In this document: positions 14,608 through 27,238 of the stretch, in pieces
How positions within the stretch are numbered: position 1 is the first letter of the stretch
Layout of the letters: each line of letters opens with the position of its first letter
Assembly (NCBI GenBank): GCA_964016885.1
Contig: OZ024757.1
Coordinates: 38,812,001-38,876,000, forward strand
DNA length: 64,000 nucleotides
Source: Eledone cirrhosa
Lineage: Eukaryota
Direction: 5' to 3'
The notes under the pieces: generated by a model
What the model saw: the letters and a program-made list of their open reading frames with translations, nothing else
Told to the model about the DNA's origin: nothing
Databases searched by the model: none
Program-made: the position numbers and the translations under genes

Positions 14608-14818
14608 GGGGGGGCATAAGAATCTCCCACATTCTTTTTTTTATATCCCTTCAAAATGTGGGAGATATTCATGCCCAACCGGTGTATGTATATATGTATA
14701 TATATAAAGTTGACGAAATTAGCATGGGTTTACACATACAGGGTGGGACATACAGATATCCCAGATTCTTTTTTATATTTCCTCAAAATGTTTGGCAGCT
14801 TTATTCCCCACCATGTAT
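14608..14818. mobile_element. Two small palindromic MITE-like copies (about 14608-14685 and 14738-14818)
   Basis: GGGCATAAGAATCTCCCACATT...AATGTGGGAGATATTCATGCCC. The second copy is bounded by CAGGGTGG...CCACCATG. Confidence 0.55.
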
Positions 14819-14830
14819 ATGTGTGTGTGC

Positions 14831-14863
<33 letters not shown>

Positions 14864-15001
14864 TACATACACAACACACACGTGTGTTGTATACAATTCA
14901 AACAACGAGACAGTTTATCGTCTTAATCGACGGAGATCCTGAACAACTTGCGTAGGCGTGTAGATTTACGTGTACGATAGATATGTATCTGTGTGTGTGT
15001 G

Positions 15002-15046
<45 letters not shown>

Positions 15047-15647
15047 ATGGGGGGGTAATTCAGTAATGGTCGAATGCTTTAGTTCGGTTCCCAATGATGT
15101 AAACACCGGGTTCATTCAGACTGCTTGTCGGCTTCTCTTTTCTGAGTGAAAACTTGGTTGTGGGGAAACTTGGTAAAAGCCAGTCAGATAGATTCTGTCT
15201 GCCCTTCATTAGCCTTGTCATAGGCTACGTTACCTGGGTCACATTGATTTTTACCTGAGGATTATCTGAAGGTTTCACCTACCTCCGAATATTAATTTAT
15301 TTAACAGATTAAATCGTGTATCGGGGAGTTTAGTTGATCGGACAATTGAGGGCCCACATCATTCAAATTGACGGAGACCCACGACCTCAGATCAACCCAG
15401 GAGTGTGTTGGTTTTCTAAAACAGAATTCTGTTTAGTTTACTCTTTAATTAAGGTGAGAAAGGTGGTGAATTTGCTCAGGTGTTCAATCGTCGGAGAGAA
15501 TGCTTTGCGATAGTCGTTCCGGGTCGCTGCACACTGCGTTCAAATCCAGCCGTGACCAACATTGCTTTTCATAGCTTCGTGGTCACTAATAGAAATTAAC
15601 AGTCCAGCATTGCGCTCGATTCTTCCACTGTCCTTCTCTCTCTTTCT

Positions 15648-15702
<55 letters not shown>

Positions 15703-16489
15703 CTTTCTCTTTCTCTTTTTCTTTTTCTCTTTCTTTCTCTCTTTCTTTCTCTCTCTTTCTCTATCTCTCCTTTCCTTCTTTCTTTCTCTTTATTTCTCTA
15801 TTTCTTTCTCTCTTTCTTTCTCTCTTTCTTTCTCTCTTTCTTTCTCTCTTTCTTTCTCTCTTTCTTTCTCTTTCTTTCTTTCTTTCTTTCTCTTTCTTTC
15901 TCTCTTTCTTTCTCCATCTTTCTCTCTTTCTTTCTCTCTTTCTTTCTCTCTTTCTTTCTCTTTCTTTCTCTCTCCTTTCCTTCTTTCTTCTCTCTCTTCT
16001 CTCTCTTCTTCCGTCTCTCTCATCACTCTCACTTTCTCTCTCTCGCCCCACCACTGTACAGTCTCCAATATCTCCCACCCGAGGTGTGCAGTATTAGGTC
16101 TGTACCCGTAACATGTCACTAGTTGCCATCTTTAGTCACAGTTATATAAATTCAATGGAGTTAAGTAGATCCGTTGTTAGAACCAGTGAAACATCGCAGC
16201 AACAGGAGACTGACACCCCACCACTGTCTAGAAACCACCAGCACCGCCACCACCATCAGTAGAATAGCCTCCGCCATAGCTACACACTACAACACAACCA
16301 TCAACTGCACCACCGCGTCTACCACTTTACCCACCCACCAAACATCACCACCACCAGCAATACAACCACCCTCTCCACTCCTACCATCAACAGCACCGCC
16401 GTCGCCGTCGTCATCAAAACCATCAATAACAGCACCACCACCACCACCACCACCACAACTATCAATAACTCATCATCAGCACCACCACC

Positions 16490-16780
16490 ACAGCACCACC
16501 ACCACACCACCGATACACCACCTCCACGACACCACCGATATACCACCGATACACCACCTCCACCACCGATACACCACCTCCACTACCGACACACCACCTA
16601 CCGACACACCACCTACCGACACACCACCTCCACTACCGACACACCACCTCCACTACCGACACACCACCTCCACTACCGACACACCACCTCCACCACCGAT
16701 GCACCACCTCCATCACCGATACACCACCTCCACCACCGATGCACCACCTCCACCACCGATGCACCACCACCACCACCGCC
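16490..16780. repeat. About 21-bp C/A-rich minisatellite
   Basis: CCGA(C/T)ACACCACCTCCAC(T/C)A in tandem. Confidence 0.9.
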
Positions 16781-16989
16781 ACACACACCACTACCCCCAC
16801 ATCACAACACCACCACATCACCACATCACCACAGCGCCACGGCACCCCCCACCTCCCACTGCCATCATCATTACCAACAGATAACTACCAGTGTTCTAGT
16901 CAGACGTTACCAGTGTGACTGTTGTTCTGACTGCTAGGAATGGATTGGTGAAATCAATGGCAGAGATAGCATCATATTATAGACAAACA

Positions 16990-17403
16990 TACATATATAT
17001 ACACTATATATATACACTATATATATATATATATACACTATATATATACACTATATATATATATATATATATATACACTATATATATACACTATATATAT
17101 ATATATATACACTATATATATATATATATACACTATATATATATATACACTATATATATATATATACACACTATATATATACACTATATATATATATATA
17201 TACACACTATATATATATACACTATATATATATATATATATATATACACTATATATATATATATATATATATATACACTATATATATATATATATATATA
17301 CACTATATATATATATATATATACACTATATATATATATATATATACACTATATATATATATATATATATATACTATATATATATATATATATATACACT
17401 ATA

Positions 17404-17443
<40 letters not shown>

Positions 17444-17477
17444 TATATATACAAACACACATATATATATATATATA
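16990..17477. repeat. (TA)n-CAC compound microsatellite
   Basis: Seen directly. Confidence 0.97.
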
Positions 17478-17527
17478 AGTGTGTGTATTTATATTGTGTA
17501 TTTATGTGTGTATATATATATATATAT

Positions 17528-17712
17528 AACGAAGGAAATGTGGTAAGGAACCAGGTGGACCATAACGCACCAAAGTACTCAATACTTAGGGTAGTAGAGT
17601 GGGTAACAGGAACGAGTAGGACCCCGACGGCTGAGCTCAAGCCGTTTCGACGGCTAATTCAGAATTAGCCGTCGAAACGGATTGAGCTCAGCCGTCGGGG
17701 TCCTACTCGTTC
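17528..17712. mobile_element. Hairpin-plus-tail element (family H), copy A, inside (TA)n
   Basis: An 82-bp tail, then 51-bp arms at 17610-17660 and 17662-17712 (1 mismatch, 1-nt loop). TA repeats on both sides. Confidence 0.9.
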
Positions 17713-18317
17713 GTATATATATATATATATATATACATGTACATGCACACATATGAACCTATACATACCTCTAAACATATATATGCATTTCTACATACTT
17801 CTACATACATGTGTGCAATTATATATACTTCTACACATATACACACTTCTACATACTTGCACACGCACGTACTATATATGTATACACAGATATACACATA
17901 TACATACAAACTGAGATATATATGTATACATACATACATGGCATACACACATGCATGTATAACATAGTGCACATACGCACATGCATGCGCAGACATTTAT
18001 ACATGCATTCCTATTTACAGACAAACATAGACATCTGCGTGCACATGTACTTCAATTGCACGTGCACGCGTAAATATCACACTTGTATGCATACATGCAC
18101 AACAATTAACCTAAACTCACTGATCAATATAGTCAGTATCGGCGCTGCTATCAGGTCAACTCGGCTGCAACCAAGGGCTCACACTTCAGTGAGCTGTATT
18201 ACTGTACGATAAAGTATCACACTTTTACACATAATTTGTATTGTTAAAATTTGGTAAATGTAAGACGAATTTATGTTGTAGAAATGATGAGAGGAGTTTG
18301 GAATTTATGATTAGTTG

Positions 18318-18442
18318 TTAGAGCATTGGGCTTGCAATCGAAAGGTTGTGAGTTCAATTCTCGGAAGAGTGATGTGTTGTGTCCTTGAGCAATTCACATT
18401 ATTTCACGTTGCTCCAGTTTACTCAGCTGTAGAAATGAGATG
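18318..18442 (+). mobile_element. tRNA-derived SINE family 2 (GTGTCCTTGAGCAA...CAGCTGTAGAAATGAG core)
   Basis: B-box GAGTTCAATTC. Related copies lie at about 50462-50562 (+), 52300-52430 (-) and 58015-58110 (-). Confidence 0.7.
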
Positions 18443-18598
18443 ATAGGACTGGGGTCCCTATCATTAAATCACCCAAGACACCCCCAACGAGATATACCTT
18501 GGAGGAGGCCAACAAAAACTGCATAGGTGTGAGCTGTCACAACATCATTAAATTATTTTTTACTAGAGAAACATATTACTAATAATAGGACATATATC

Positions 18599-18908
18599 TA
18601 GGACCGGATTTAGTGGGGGTGGGGATGTCAAAGGCAGCAATTACCCCGAGCCTCATGGAGTGTGTGTATGGACGGAGGGCCCCACCAGCAACAACAGGAG
18701 CAATTTACTTGTGCTCTCTACTAGGATGGTTAGATTTTAAAAAAATTTAATTCCTGTATGTACAACTTTTCAATTCCAATTACTTGGGCCAAGCTGACTT
18801 TGACATGTAAAACTAGCGGTATTCTGGGTCTTCAATTTTTTTTTTTTTTGTATGAGGGACCCCACACTTTAAGTTTCCAGGCTCCCTCAAGGTCTAAATG
18901 TGGTCCTG
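18599..18908. mobile_element. hAT-type MITE with an 8-bp target-site duplication
   Basis: TIRs TAGGACCGGATTTAG / CTAAATGTGGTCCTG. Flanks CATATATC (18591-18598) and CATATATG (18909-18916) match 7/8. Partial relatives lie at about 56590-56743 and 13972-14280. Confidence 0.8.
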
Positions 18909-19439
18909 CATATATGTCACTTTAAAGGGAGAAACCTAGCTATTAGCATTTGCAGGATTCGATCCCACACATTCATGATTGCCGTTACATGCTACTATTA
19001 CATCAAAATACTGGTAGCCGCTGCGATGATGGGTGGAGTGATGGTAGCATTCAAGCCAGGTATCCCTAAAGTTGTGGGTTTGATTCCAGCAGGTGCTAAT
19101 GTGCAATTGTGTCCGTTAAGGGGGCTTATATGTTTTATTGTTTACACTCTCCAATTTACAAATATATAACAAATTAATTCGTAAGGTTAATAAGTAGATT
19201 ATAGCAGAATCCCACCTGCACACCGCCAAATGGTCCCAGCAGACAGTGGATTGGAATAGCTAACTTGAATGAATACGAGGAAGAGGATTTCAAAAAGGTC
19301 GTTCCAAATCCTGGGGCTCACTCATGGGAGTGGCCAACACTCTCCCTACAGCAGTCAATAGAGATGTGGTTCTGGACCCAGAACACCAGAAGTCGCTACC
19401 ACTGCAGCTTCAATGGCATACCTACTAAATAGAGGTCGA

Positions 19440-19550
19440 TACTTCAACAGGTTGCGATCTTCAACAGTTTGAGATCCTCAGTAGGTTGCGATCTTCAGCA
19501 GCTTGCGATCTTCAACAGATACGATCTTCAGCAGTTGCGATTTGCAGCTT
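19440..19550. repeat. Degenerate about 19-bp tandem repeat
   Basis: TTGCGATCTTCA(A/G)CAG repeated about 6 times. Confidence 0.8.
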
Positions 19551-20306
19551 GTCGGGCAACGAAACCCGAGTCTGTCGCCGACTGCACCATTTTGCAGCTG
19601 GAGAAACCGTATATATTGCAGTTAAAGGTTTACTGAACATTGGGAGAAGGTAGTGGGCTGTGTATAGATTTTATATTTGATGCATGGAAGAGATAGACTG
19701 ATTGTGAGTTGGAGAGAGTGAGAGGAGGTGTTTGAGAAAGTGAATGTGTGTATGTCAGAGGAAGAGATATAAGAAATATGAGGAGAGGAAAAAAGAGAAA
19801 CAGGAAGATACGGAGAGGAAGAAAGTGAGTGGGTTGAGAGAGAGAGAAGGGGAGGAACTAGCTAACTAGAAAGATAGATAGAGAGGAATATATTGTAGGG
19901 ATGTAGAGTTCAGCATGTTAGAGGGATATAGAATATCAAAAAAGTAAGAAGATCGATTACATTGGGAAAGATTGTAGACTGAAGAGACGCGGCGTTTGTT
20001 AGTGCATTTAGCAATGCAACTATAAAGAATACGATCTCGACAGTATTGCAACACACTGCACTAAATATTTTAATAGTAAGCAGTATGCATTATGGTCTTG
20101 TACATCCTAAAGGTGTCGTGTTGGGGCGGGGTACAGTATTGGCATACAGTGGTTCTAAGGCATTTCTATAATCTGGTGGAGCTCGTCTTATCCCCAGCTT
20201 TAAATGTAGCATATTTCTTCCAGAGAATAATAGCGTGACCCTAATAAACCACCATTTGTACTGCCTCTCTGTTTTTTGTTCCTGTCTAATATTTAACTAT
20301 AAATAT

Positions 20307-20758
20307 ACTAGACCTGAAAAATGCGCAAGCTCAAAAGAGCCACAGAATGTTATAATAAACCTTCAAAAGTGTGGGACTAGAGTTGTTGCTCAAAAATATT
20401 GTAATCATTATCTATCGTACACTCTGTGGCTTCCTTTTATAAAAAGAAAAGAGACTCATAACGAATTCAAGACGACACGATAATTATTGAAGCTAATGTT
20501 CAATATCTCATATTAGATGTTTAGTAATGATTAATGCGAAATTCACTTAAACCGAATTCTATATTACAAATTCACTTAAATAATTATCGTGTCGTCTTGA
20601 GATTGTTATGCGTCTGTTTTTTTTATAAAAGGATGCCACAGAGTGTACGATAGATAATGATTACACTATTTTTGAGCAACAACTCTAGTCTCACACTTTT
20701 GAAGGTTTATTATAACATCTAATGGTTCTTTTGAGCTTGCGCATTTTTCAGCTCTAGT
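20307..20758. mobile_element. Fold-back element with about 185-bp inverted arms
   Basis: Arm 20307-20492 is the reverse complement, with scattered mismatches, of 20575-20758. Ends are ACTAGACCTGAAAAATGCGCAAGCTC / GAGCTTGCGCATTTTTCAGCTCTAGT. Confidence 0.9.
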
Positions 20759-21438
20759 TTAATATTTTTTTAAGGCAACGCTTGTAATAACTCTAGTTAA
20801 ACATGATATATATTAATAATAATTATCGTTGAAATGTAATTAGATTATATAATTATTTTATAAATGATCTTATAAATATTATTGTAAGATGTATAAACAT
20901 ATTTTCAGACTTTTAATAGTTAATATAAATTTAAAAAATCATATATAAATTAACAATATAACTTACCAAAACGAGAAAGGTATTTTGATGATAAAACGAT
21001 GAAATACTGGAAGATTCGAAAGCGAAATGATAAATACACGTGGAAACAAAGTGGCGGATTCTTTTGAGCAACAATTACTCTCGTTGGTTGATTAGCCAAT
21101 AAGACGATACATTACAAAAGATGTTTGGGAGGCATCACCACGGCCAGCGATACCCCTTGACATTTTTATTCACAAGCTACGCATGTATGTCACATGTCAC
21201 ATCACATGTCAGACACGCAGACTTAAAACATTCTGTTGTTAGTCACTGCGTGTCTGACAGATATATATATTTCTCTTACCGGTAATTCGCTCGTGCTTAG
21301 TACTACCCTCCATATTTATAATTATATATAAACCATATATAAGTATAATTATTATTACTATATAGATATATCTATCTAGAAAGATAGCTATATATGAGGT
21401 AGAGATTCTCTCTCTCTCTCTATGTATATATATACATA

Positions 21439-21519
21439 CATGGTGTCCCAGAAAATGTATACACACTGCAACAACATTCTAATCAAGTTCTATATACATT
21501 TGGGGGGGGGGACACTCTT

Positions 21520-21520
<1 letters not shown>
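21439..21520. mobile_element. Short Tc1/mariner-type MITE
   Basis: TA-CATGGTGTCCCAGAAAATGTATA...TATACATTTGGGG...GGACACTCTT-TA, with degenerate CAGGGTGTCCC termini in a TA context. An inverted relative lies at about 55687-55764. Confidence 0.65.
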
Positions 21521-21556
<36 letters not shown>

Positions 21557-21904
21557 CATCCACTACAAAGATTAAACTGAGATATATATTGGATACACAA
21601 TCTTCATAACTGTGACAATATTGAGTAGAACTTGACAGTTCTACTCAAGTGTGTTGCGTACTTAAGTGAAAGCACTTTATCATTTTCTTCACCCATGTCA
21701 GTCTCATTCAATATTTCATAACCTCCCCGCATTCTATAATATCACATAGCCTCCCCCACTCTATGATATCACATAGTCCCCCCCCCCTCACTTTCCAGAA
21801 TGACACAAGCCTACCACCGTCGATTATTATCACATAGCATTTCCCGCCCCTGATATAACATAGCTTCTGTCGACTTCCGTAATGTCATATAGCTATCTGC
21901 TGTG

Positions 21905-22092
21905 AATAATTGTTTCTACTGTTGGCACAAGGCTAGTAATTATCCCAGTACATTACTGGTACTTTATTTCATCGACCCCGTAAGGATGAAAGGCAAAGTT
22001 AACATCGGCGGGATTTGAACTCAGATCATAAAGGGCCGTAACTCTTTGTGGCAAAGTATGGCGTCCCACCCTCTACCGATACTGCCAATCCA
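21905..22092 (-). mobile_element. SINE family 1
   Basis: Full core and head. Confidence 0.9.
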
Positions 22093-23524
22093 TCTGATGT
22101 CAATATCAAATAGTTCCCATTGCCTTCATTAATTTGAACTTAAAGATCAGCGTTCGAAAAACTCTGCAAATTCGCTGCTAGTTATATTATTACGAAAGAC
22201 TTCCAACTGCTTCATTATTTAATTTTCATTTTTCAAGCATAAGCTAAACGTTGTTTATAGAAATATGTTCAGGTGACTACGAATACCAGAAAGACGGATA
22301 TAAACAAAATAAATATACTAAAATACATTTTCATCTCAAAGTAAGAAGGGAAGTACACGTGACCTTTTTCTGAGTTCTGTGCTAAAACATCACAAAATCT
22401 GGAATTAAAGTGGTTGATTGCAAACCGGAGATTCCTGCTTTTTTTTTTTCAAACTTGATACTAAAGGAAGGTGTTTACTTTCATATTTGATAATTGGATT
22501 TACAAAGCCGAGATTGCTTAATTAATTAAAAGTACATTATGATGACAACAATGATGATGACGATGATGATTATGTAGATGAATAATTCTGTTTTAAAATA
22601 GCTGGGGTTGACAACCTGGAAACTTTAATTAACGAAAATGAATTAAATATTATATGCATTGCTGAGTGAATCTGATCTCTAAACATGGACATTATTCTAT
22701 AGTCTAAATGTGACTGATAGTATTTTTATTACGAAGAGAAGTACATAGGACCCTTTTTTTAGTGTATTTTAACAGTGTGGCCTTACAATGTTCATATATA
22801 ATGTATGGAAGGATTAGCAGAGCTGTACTGACACGAACGTGTTTGGCATTTTAACATTTTACTATTTAAACTCACCTTATCCAGCCAGAATTCTTCATCT
22901 TTTTCTGTTCAAACCGGCTGTAACTGGCCACTCATACTAATTTTAAGGTATTGGTTTCAAAATAAATTACATTAAAATGCCATGGATACGATATCATGTG
23001 AGATAATTATGTAAAGTAAAGTCTTTACCGTGAAAATATAATAGTACATGTAGAGTAATGTAAATACTAAAGGGTTGAACATGTTTCAATTTTCTGATCA
23101 ACCGAGCAGCATGCTTGTGAAATTAACATCCAAGGGACTGAAATTTCCACGGGAACGCGTTCCCTTAAAATAGTTCTCAGGGAGATTCAGGGAGACTCGA
23201 TTGATGTGACTAGACTCGTCATTTGGATTACAGTGGACTAGATCAACGTGAAATAGTGCCAGTATTTTTGTTCTTGTTTTGAAGGAAGCAATGGCCCGCT
23301 CAGGCTGCAAATCGAACTCGGAACCTTACGATCGTGAGACGATCAACGTAACCTCTGAGGCACGTGCCTTAGCATACTAATAGTAACAATAGCAGATGAG
23401 TTAACGCCTTTGTACAGTTAATCTATCTACATTAAAAGCCGTACGTTGAGATGACAAGTGCGGAGACTTACACACAGACACACAGATAAGACATCTTAAT
23501 ACGGCTTAGGTAGCGACATATATT

Positions 23525-23998
23525 TAATACAAACACTTCTTGAGACAGGCACACGCACACACACGCAAATATACACATTGAGACACACACACGCACACGC
23601 ACGCAAATATACACATTGAGACACACACACGCACACACACGCAAATATACACATTGAGACACCCACAGGTATACACACACACACACATTGAGACATACAT
23701 ACACACGCACACACACACCCACACACCCACCCACACACACACACACACACAACTATACCCATTGAGACACACACAGGCTTACACATATACACACACACAT
23801 TGAGACATGCACACAACCACACACATTGAGAGGCAAACATGCACGCACGCACACACACACACACACACACATTGACAGACACATAGGCACATACATACAC
23901 ACATTCATACACACACATACACATACACCGAGAGAGACACCGGCACACACATACATACACATTGAAAAGAGACACACATACACACACACTCCCCCATT

Positions 23999-24056
<58 letters not shown>

Positions 24057-24075
24057 CCCATTGACACGCACGCAC
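23525..24075. repeat. (CA)n array punctuated by ATTGAG
   Basis: ACACATTGAGACAC recurs more than 10 times. Confidence 0.9.
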
Positions 24076-24129
24076 GCACTCACGTATGTACATACGTACG
24101 TACGTATGCATAAATCAAAAGTCCAGCCT

Positions 24130-24646
24130 TGTTAATTTCTTACAAACGGAGGTCAATTTTTCTTTTCTTATTTCCGGGATCGATAAAATAAAGTACCAGT
24201 CAAGTATTGGGATTGATATTTCTTTTCACCACAAATTCGCTGATTTTGTGTCTATATTAGAATACCATATTATTGTTATTGATAATATTATACTTACTGA
24301 TTTATTACTTTTGTTTTAAGTTCAGTGTTCAAATCCCGCCGAGGTTAGCTTTGCCTTTCATCCTTACGGGGTCGATAAATTAAAGTAAGAGTAATGCAGT
24401 TGGATCGATTTAATCGACTCTCCCCTTCCTTTCACATTGCTGGCTGTGTGCCAAATGAGAAACAATTATTAAAAATATATGTCATGAACCTTTACATTCC
24501 AAGTTCAAATCACGCCGAGGTTAGCTTTGCTTTTCATCCTTACGAGATCAATAAAATAAAGAACCAGTAAGCAATAAGGTTGATTTAATCGACTTTCCCC
24601 TTTGCTGCAAATTGCTGGCCTTGTAGCTAAAGTAGCAACAATTATT
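24130..24646 (+). mobile_element. Three tandem 5'-truncated SINE family 1 copies
   Basis: The core is repeated near 24150, 24330 and 24505. Confidence 0.85.
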
Positions 24647-25111
24647 AAAACATATAATTTCGTGTCTATATGGAATTTTTTCACCATTTAACCCATTGCT
24701 GCGCTTTTAACCTACTTTCTTTATTGGTTTATTTCTGTGTATTTTGTTCATTTCTCAAATCATCCAAACAACAGGAGAAATCCGTTGCCAAGTTTCTAGA
24801 CTATGCTTCACTGAGCAGGTTTAATAAGGCCGAAATATGTTTGTTTCTTTTATCAGTAGGCTTTTAAAGAGCTGATGAAATCGAATCTGTGTTGTCTATG
24901 TATAAAACTGTTAATCAATAGATATTGTTGTTGATATCTCACGTGTTCGGTTTTTCTTTTACATTTTCTTTTTTATTTTTTTTTAAAGATTTTTTTTAAA
25001 AATTTTTTTATTTTATTTTAAGTTTTAAACTCAGCCAAATTGTGGTTGTTTTTTTTTTGTTTGTTTGTTTTTTCCTTTCTGTATTGATTGATTCCGGGTA
25101 TAATAATTATG

Positions 25112-25262
25112 AAGGCTGCGAATTGGCAGAATTTTTTATAAAGTCGTATAGAATGCTTTGCAGTATTCCTTCTGAGTCTCTGAGTTCAAATTCCACGGAT
25201 GTCAACTTTGCCTTTCATTCATTTGAGGTCGATAGAACAGTACAGACGAATACTGCGATCGA
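25112..25262 (+). mobile_element. Diverged SINE family 1 copy
   Basis: TGAGTTCAAATTCC...GTCAACTTTGCCTTTCATTC...GAGGTCGATA. Confidence 0.7.
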
Positions 25263-26045
25263 TTCTTCCTCCATATCGCTTTCTCAATTTTTTTTCTCTG
25301 TCAATCATTATCCATCTTAGGAGCAAATCAGAAGTTACGAGACCATGTCTGCATGCCTCAATTACATCACTAGTATTAATCACACTATGTTAGTCCTACG
25401 GCTAATTATTATCATTTAACCCAAACAAGCCCGAAATTGTATGCAAAGTAGCGTCTTGTATTGGATAGAAAGAATCAGAAAAGTTGGCTGCTATAATTCA
25501 GGATTATATTGAGATGAAGAGTAGGACAAACAAAGAGTTGAATGCAAGTGTTAAATAGAAGAAAGAAAAGTTATATTTATTAAGGAGGGCAGTCAAATTA
25601 AATAGTTTCTAACTGGATTTAACATGAAGGAACTGTGAACGTATATATATATATATATATAGCAAGACTGAAACAGATAGACATTAAAAATGAGAGAGAT
25701 AGGCATAGACACATAAAAAGGGACAGAGAGATAGAGACAGACATACGTAGCTAGACAGACATAAAAAGAACGAGAGATAGAACGAGAGAGAGAAAATTGA
25801 AAGAAAGTGTGAATATTGAATAATAAACTAAAGAAAATAAGTGAGAAAATGTTCAAGGAAAGCAATTTATTGTTGCTTTAAATAAAAACAAAAGAAAATT
25901 AGAAGAAATCGGTCATAAAAATACAATAAATATAAAATGGAAAACTTTTCAAGATTTTATTTATAAATTCAAGTTTATTTGGCCAGGTCTTAATGGATAT
26001 CATATTCATACAGAACATATTTGAATAACACATGGCCTCTCTCTT

Positions 26046-26095
<50 letters not shown>

Positions 26096-26097
<2 letters not shown>

Positions 26098-26216
26098 CGA
26101 AGGAAGTGTGGTAAGGAACCAGGTGGACCATAACGCACCAGAGTACTCGATACTTAGGATAGTAGAGTAGGTAATAAGAAAAGAGTCAGGGTCGGTGTCC
26201 AGACATTTGTCCTCTG

Positions 26217-26217
<1 letters not shown>
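26096..26217. mobile_element. Family H copy C (tail intact, hairpin mostly deleted)
   Basis: AACGAAGGAAGTGTGGTAAGGAACCAGGTGGACCATAACGCACC tail, lying between (TA)n tracts. Confidence 0.85.
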
Positions 26218-26260
<43 letters not shown>

Positions 26261-26510
26261 AAATTAAGAATGATTAACCAGTTTTAATCTGGTTATTCAT
26301 TCTTAATTTATTAAATTTTGAGCTCTACAGTTTGTGCCACAAAATCCATAAAGTGATCTCCAGACGTTGGAAAATCATTGTCTTCTGGCTTACTTGATTG
26401 ACAAAGGATACTGATTAGCATTGAACTTCTATAATCTTTACCAGGAAATGTATTGTTAAACTCTAATATAACCTAACACTTGACACCTCGTCCATAGATA
26501 TCTATCTATA

Positions 26511-26697
26511 TAGGAAAAGAGTCAGGACCCCGACGGCTGAGCTCCGGCCGTTTCGACAGCGTTCAGAATTAGCTGTCGAAATGGCCGGAGCTCAGCCATC
26601 GAGGTCCTGACTCTTTTCCTATTACCCACTCTACTACCCTAAGTATTGAGTACTCTGGTGTGTTATGGTCCACCTGGTTCCTTACCACACTTCCTTC
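26511..26697. mobile_element. Family H copy D (opposite orientation to A)
   Basis: 50-bp arms at 26511-26560 and 26572-26621 (3 mismatches), then the reverse-complement tail. Confidence 0.9.
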
Positions 26698-26850
26698 TCT
26701 CTCTCTCTCTCTCTCTCTCTAAATATGTTAAAATATATAAAGTGAAGGCACTCCTTCTATCTGGATTTGAAACCGACGGGAACATTTACTCGGTTAGATT
26801 TGACGAAAGTCGATGGACTGTCGATATATATATATATATATAATATAATA

Positions 26851-27238
26851 TAATTGTTTCTACATTTGGTACAAGGCCATCAATTACCCAGTACATTACT
26901 GGTACTTTATTTTATCGACTCCGTAAGGATGAAAGGCAAAGTTAACTTCGGCAGGATTTTAACTCAGACCGTAAAGGGCCGCAACTCTGTGCGAGAAAGC
27001 ATGGTGTCCGGCTCTCTACCAATACTGCCATTCCACCGCCCTATATATATATATATATATAATTGTTTCTAGATTTGGCACAAGACCAGCAATTACCCAG
27101 TGCATTACTGGTACTTTATTTTATCGACCCCGTAAGGATGAAAGGCAAAGTTAACCTTGGCGGGATTTGAACTCAGAATGGCAAGGGCCGTAACTCTATG
27201 CGTCAAAGCATGGCGTCCGACCTCTGCCAATCCACCGT
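26851..27238 (-). mobile_element. Two SINE family 1 copies separated by (TA)n
   Basis: Full cores near 26900 and 27110. Confidence 0.9.

Noticed and set aside
16174-16884. 236-aa Pro/Thr/His-rich ORF (mucin- or extensin-like)
   Set aside because: It starts at TTG, derives from (CAC)n and a 21-bp minisatellite, and shows no clear splice signals or domain.
17655-17667. Flip/flop of the hairpin loop (A in copies A and B, T in copy D when read from the tail), suggesting parvovirus-like terminal resolution
   Set aside because: It rests on a single base in a region with indels, so a point mutation explains it equally well.
19185-19330. Possible decayed RTE reverse-transcriptase C-terminus (KWSQQTVDW...RGRG)
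   Set aside because: It is too degenerate and interrupted by stops to call without a search.
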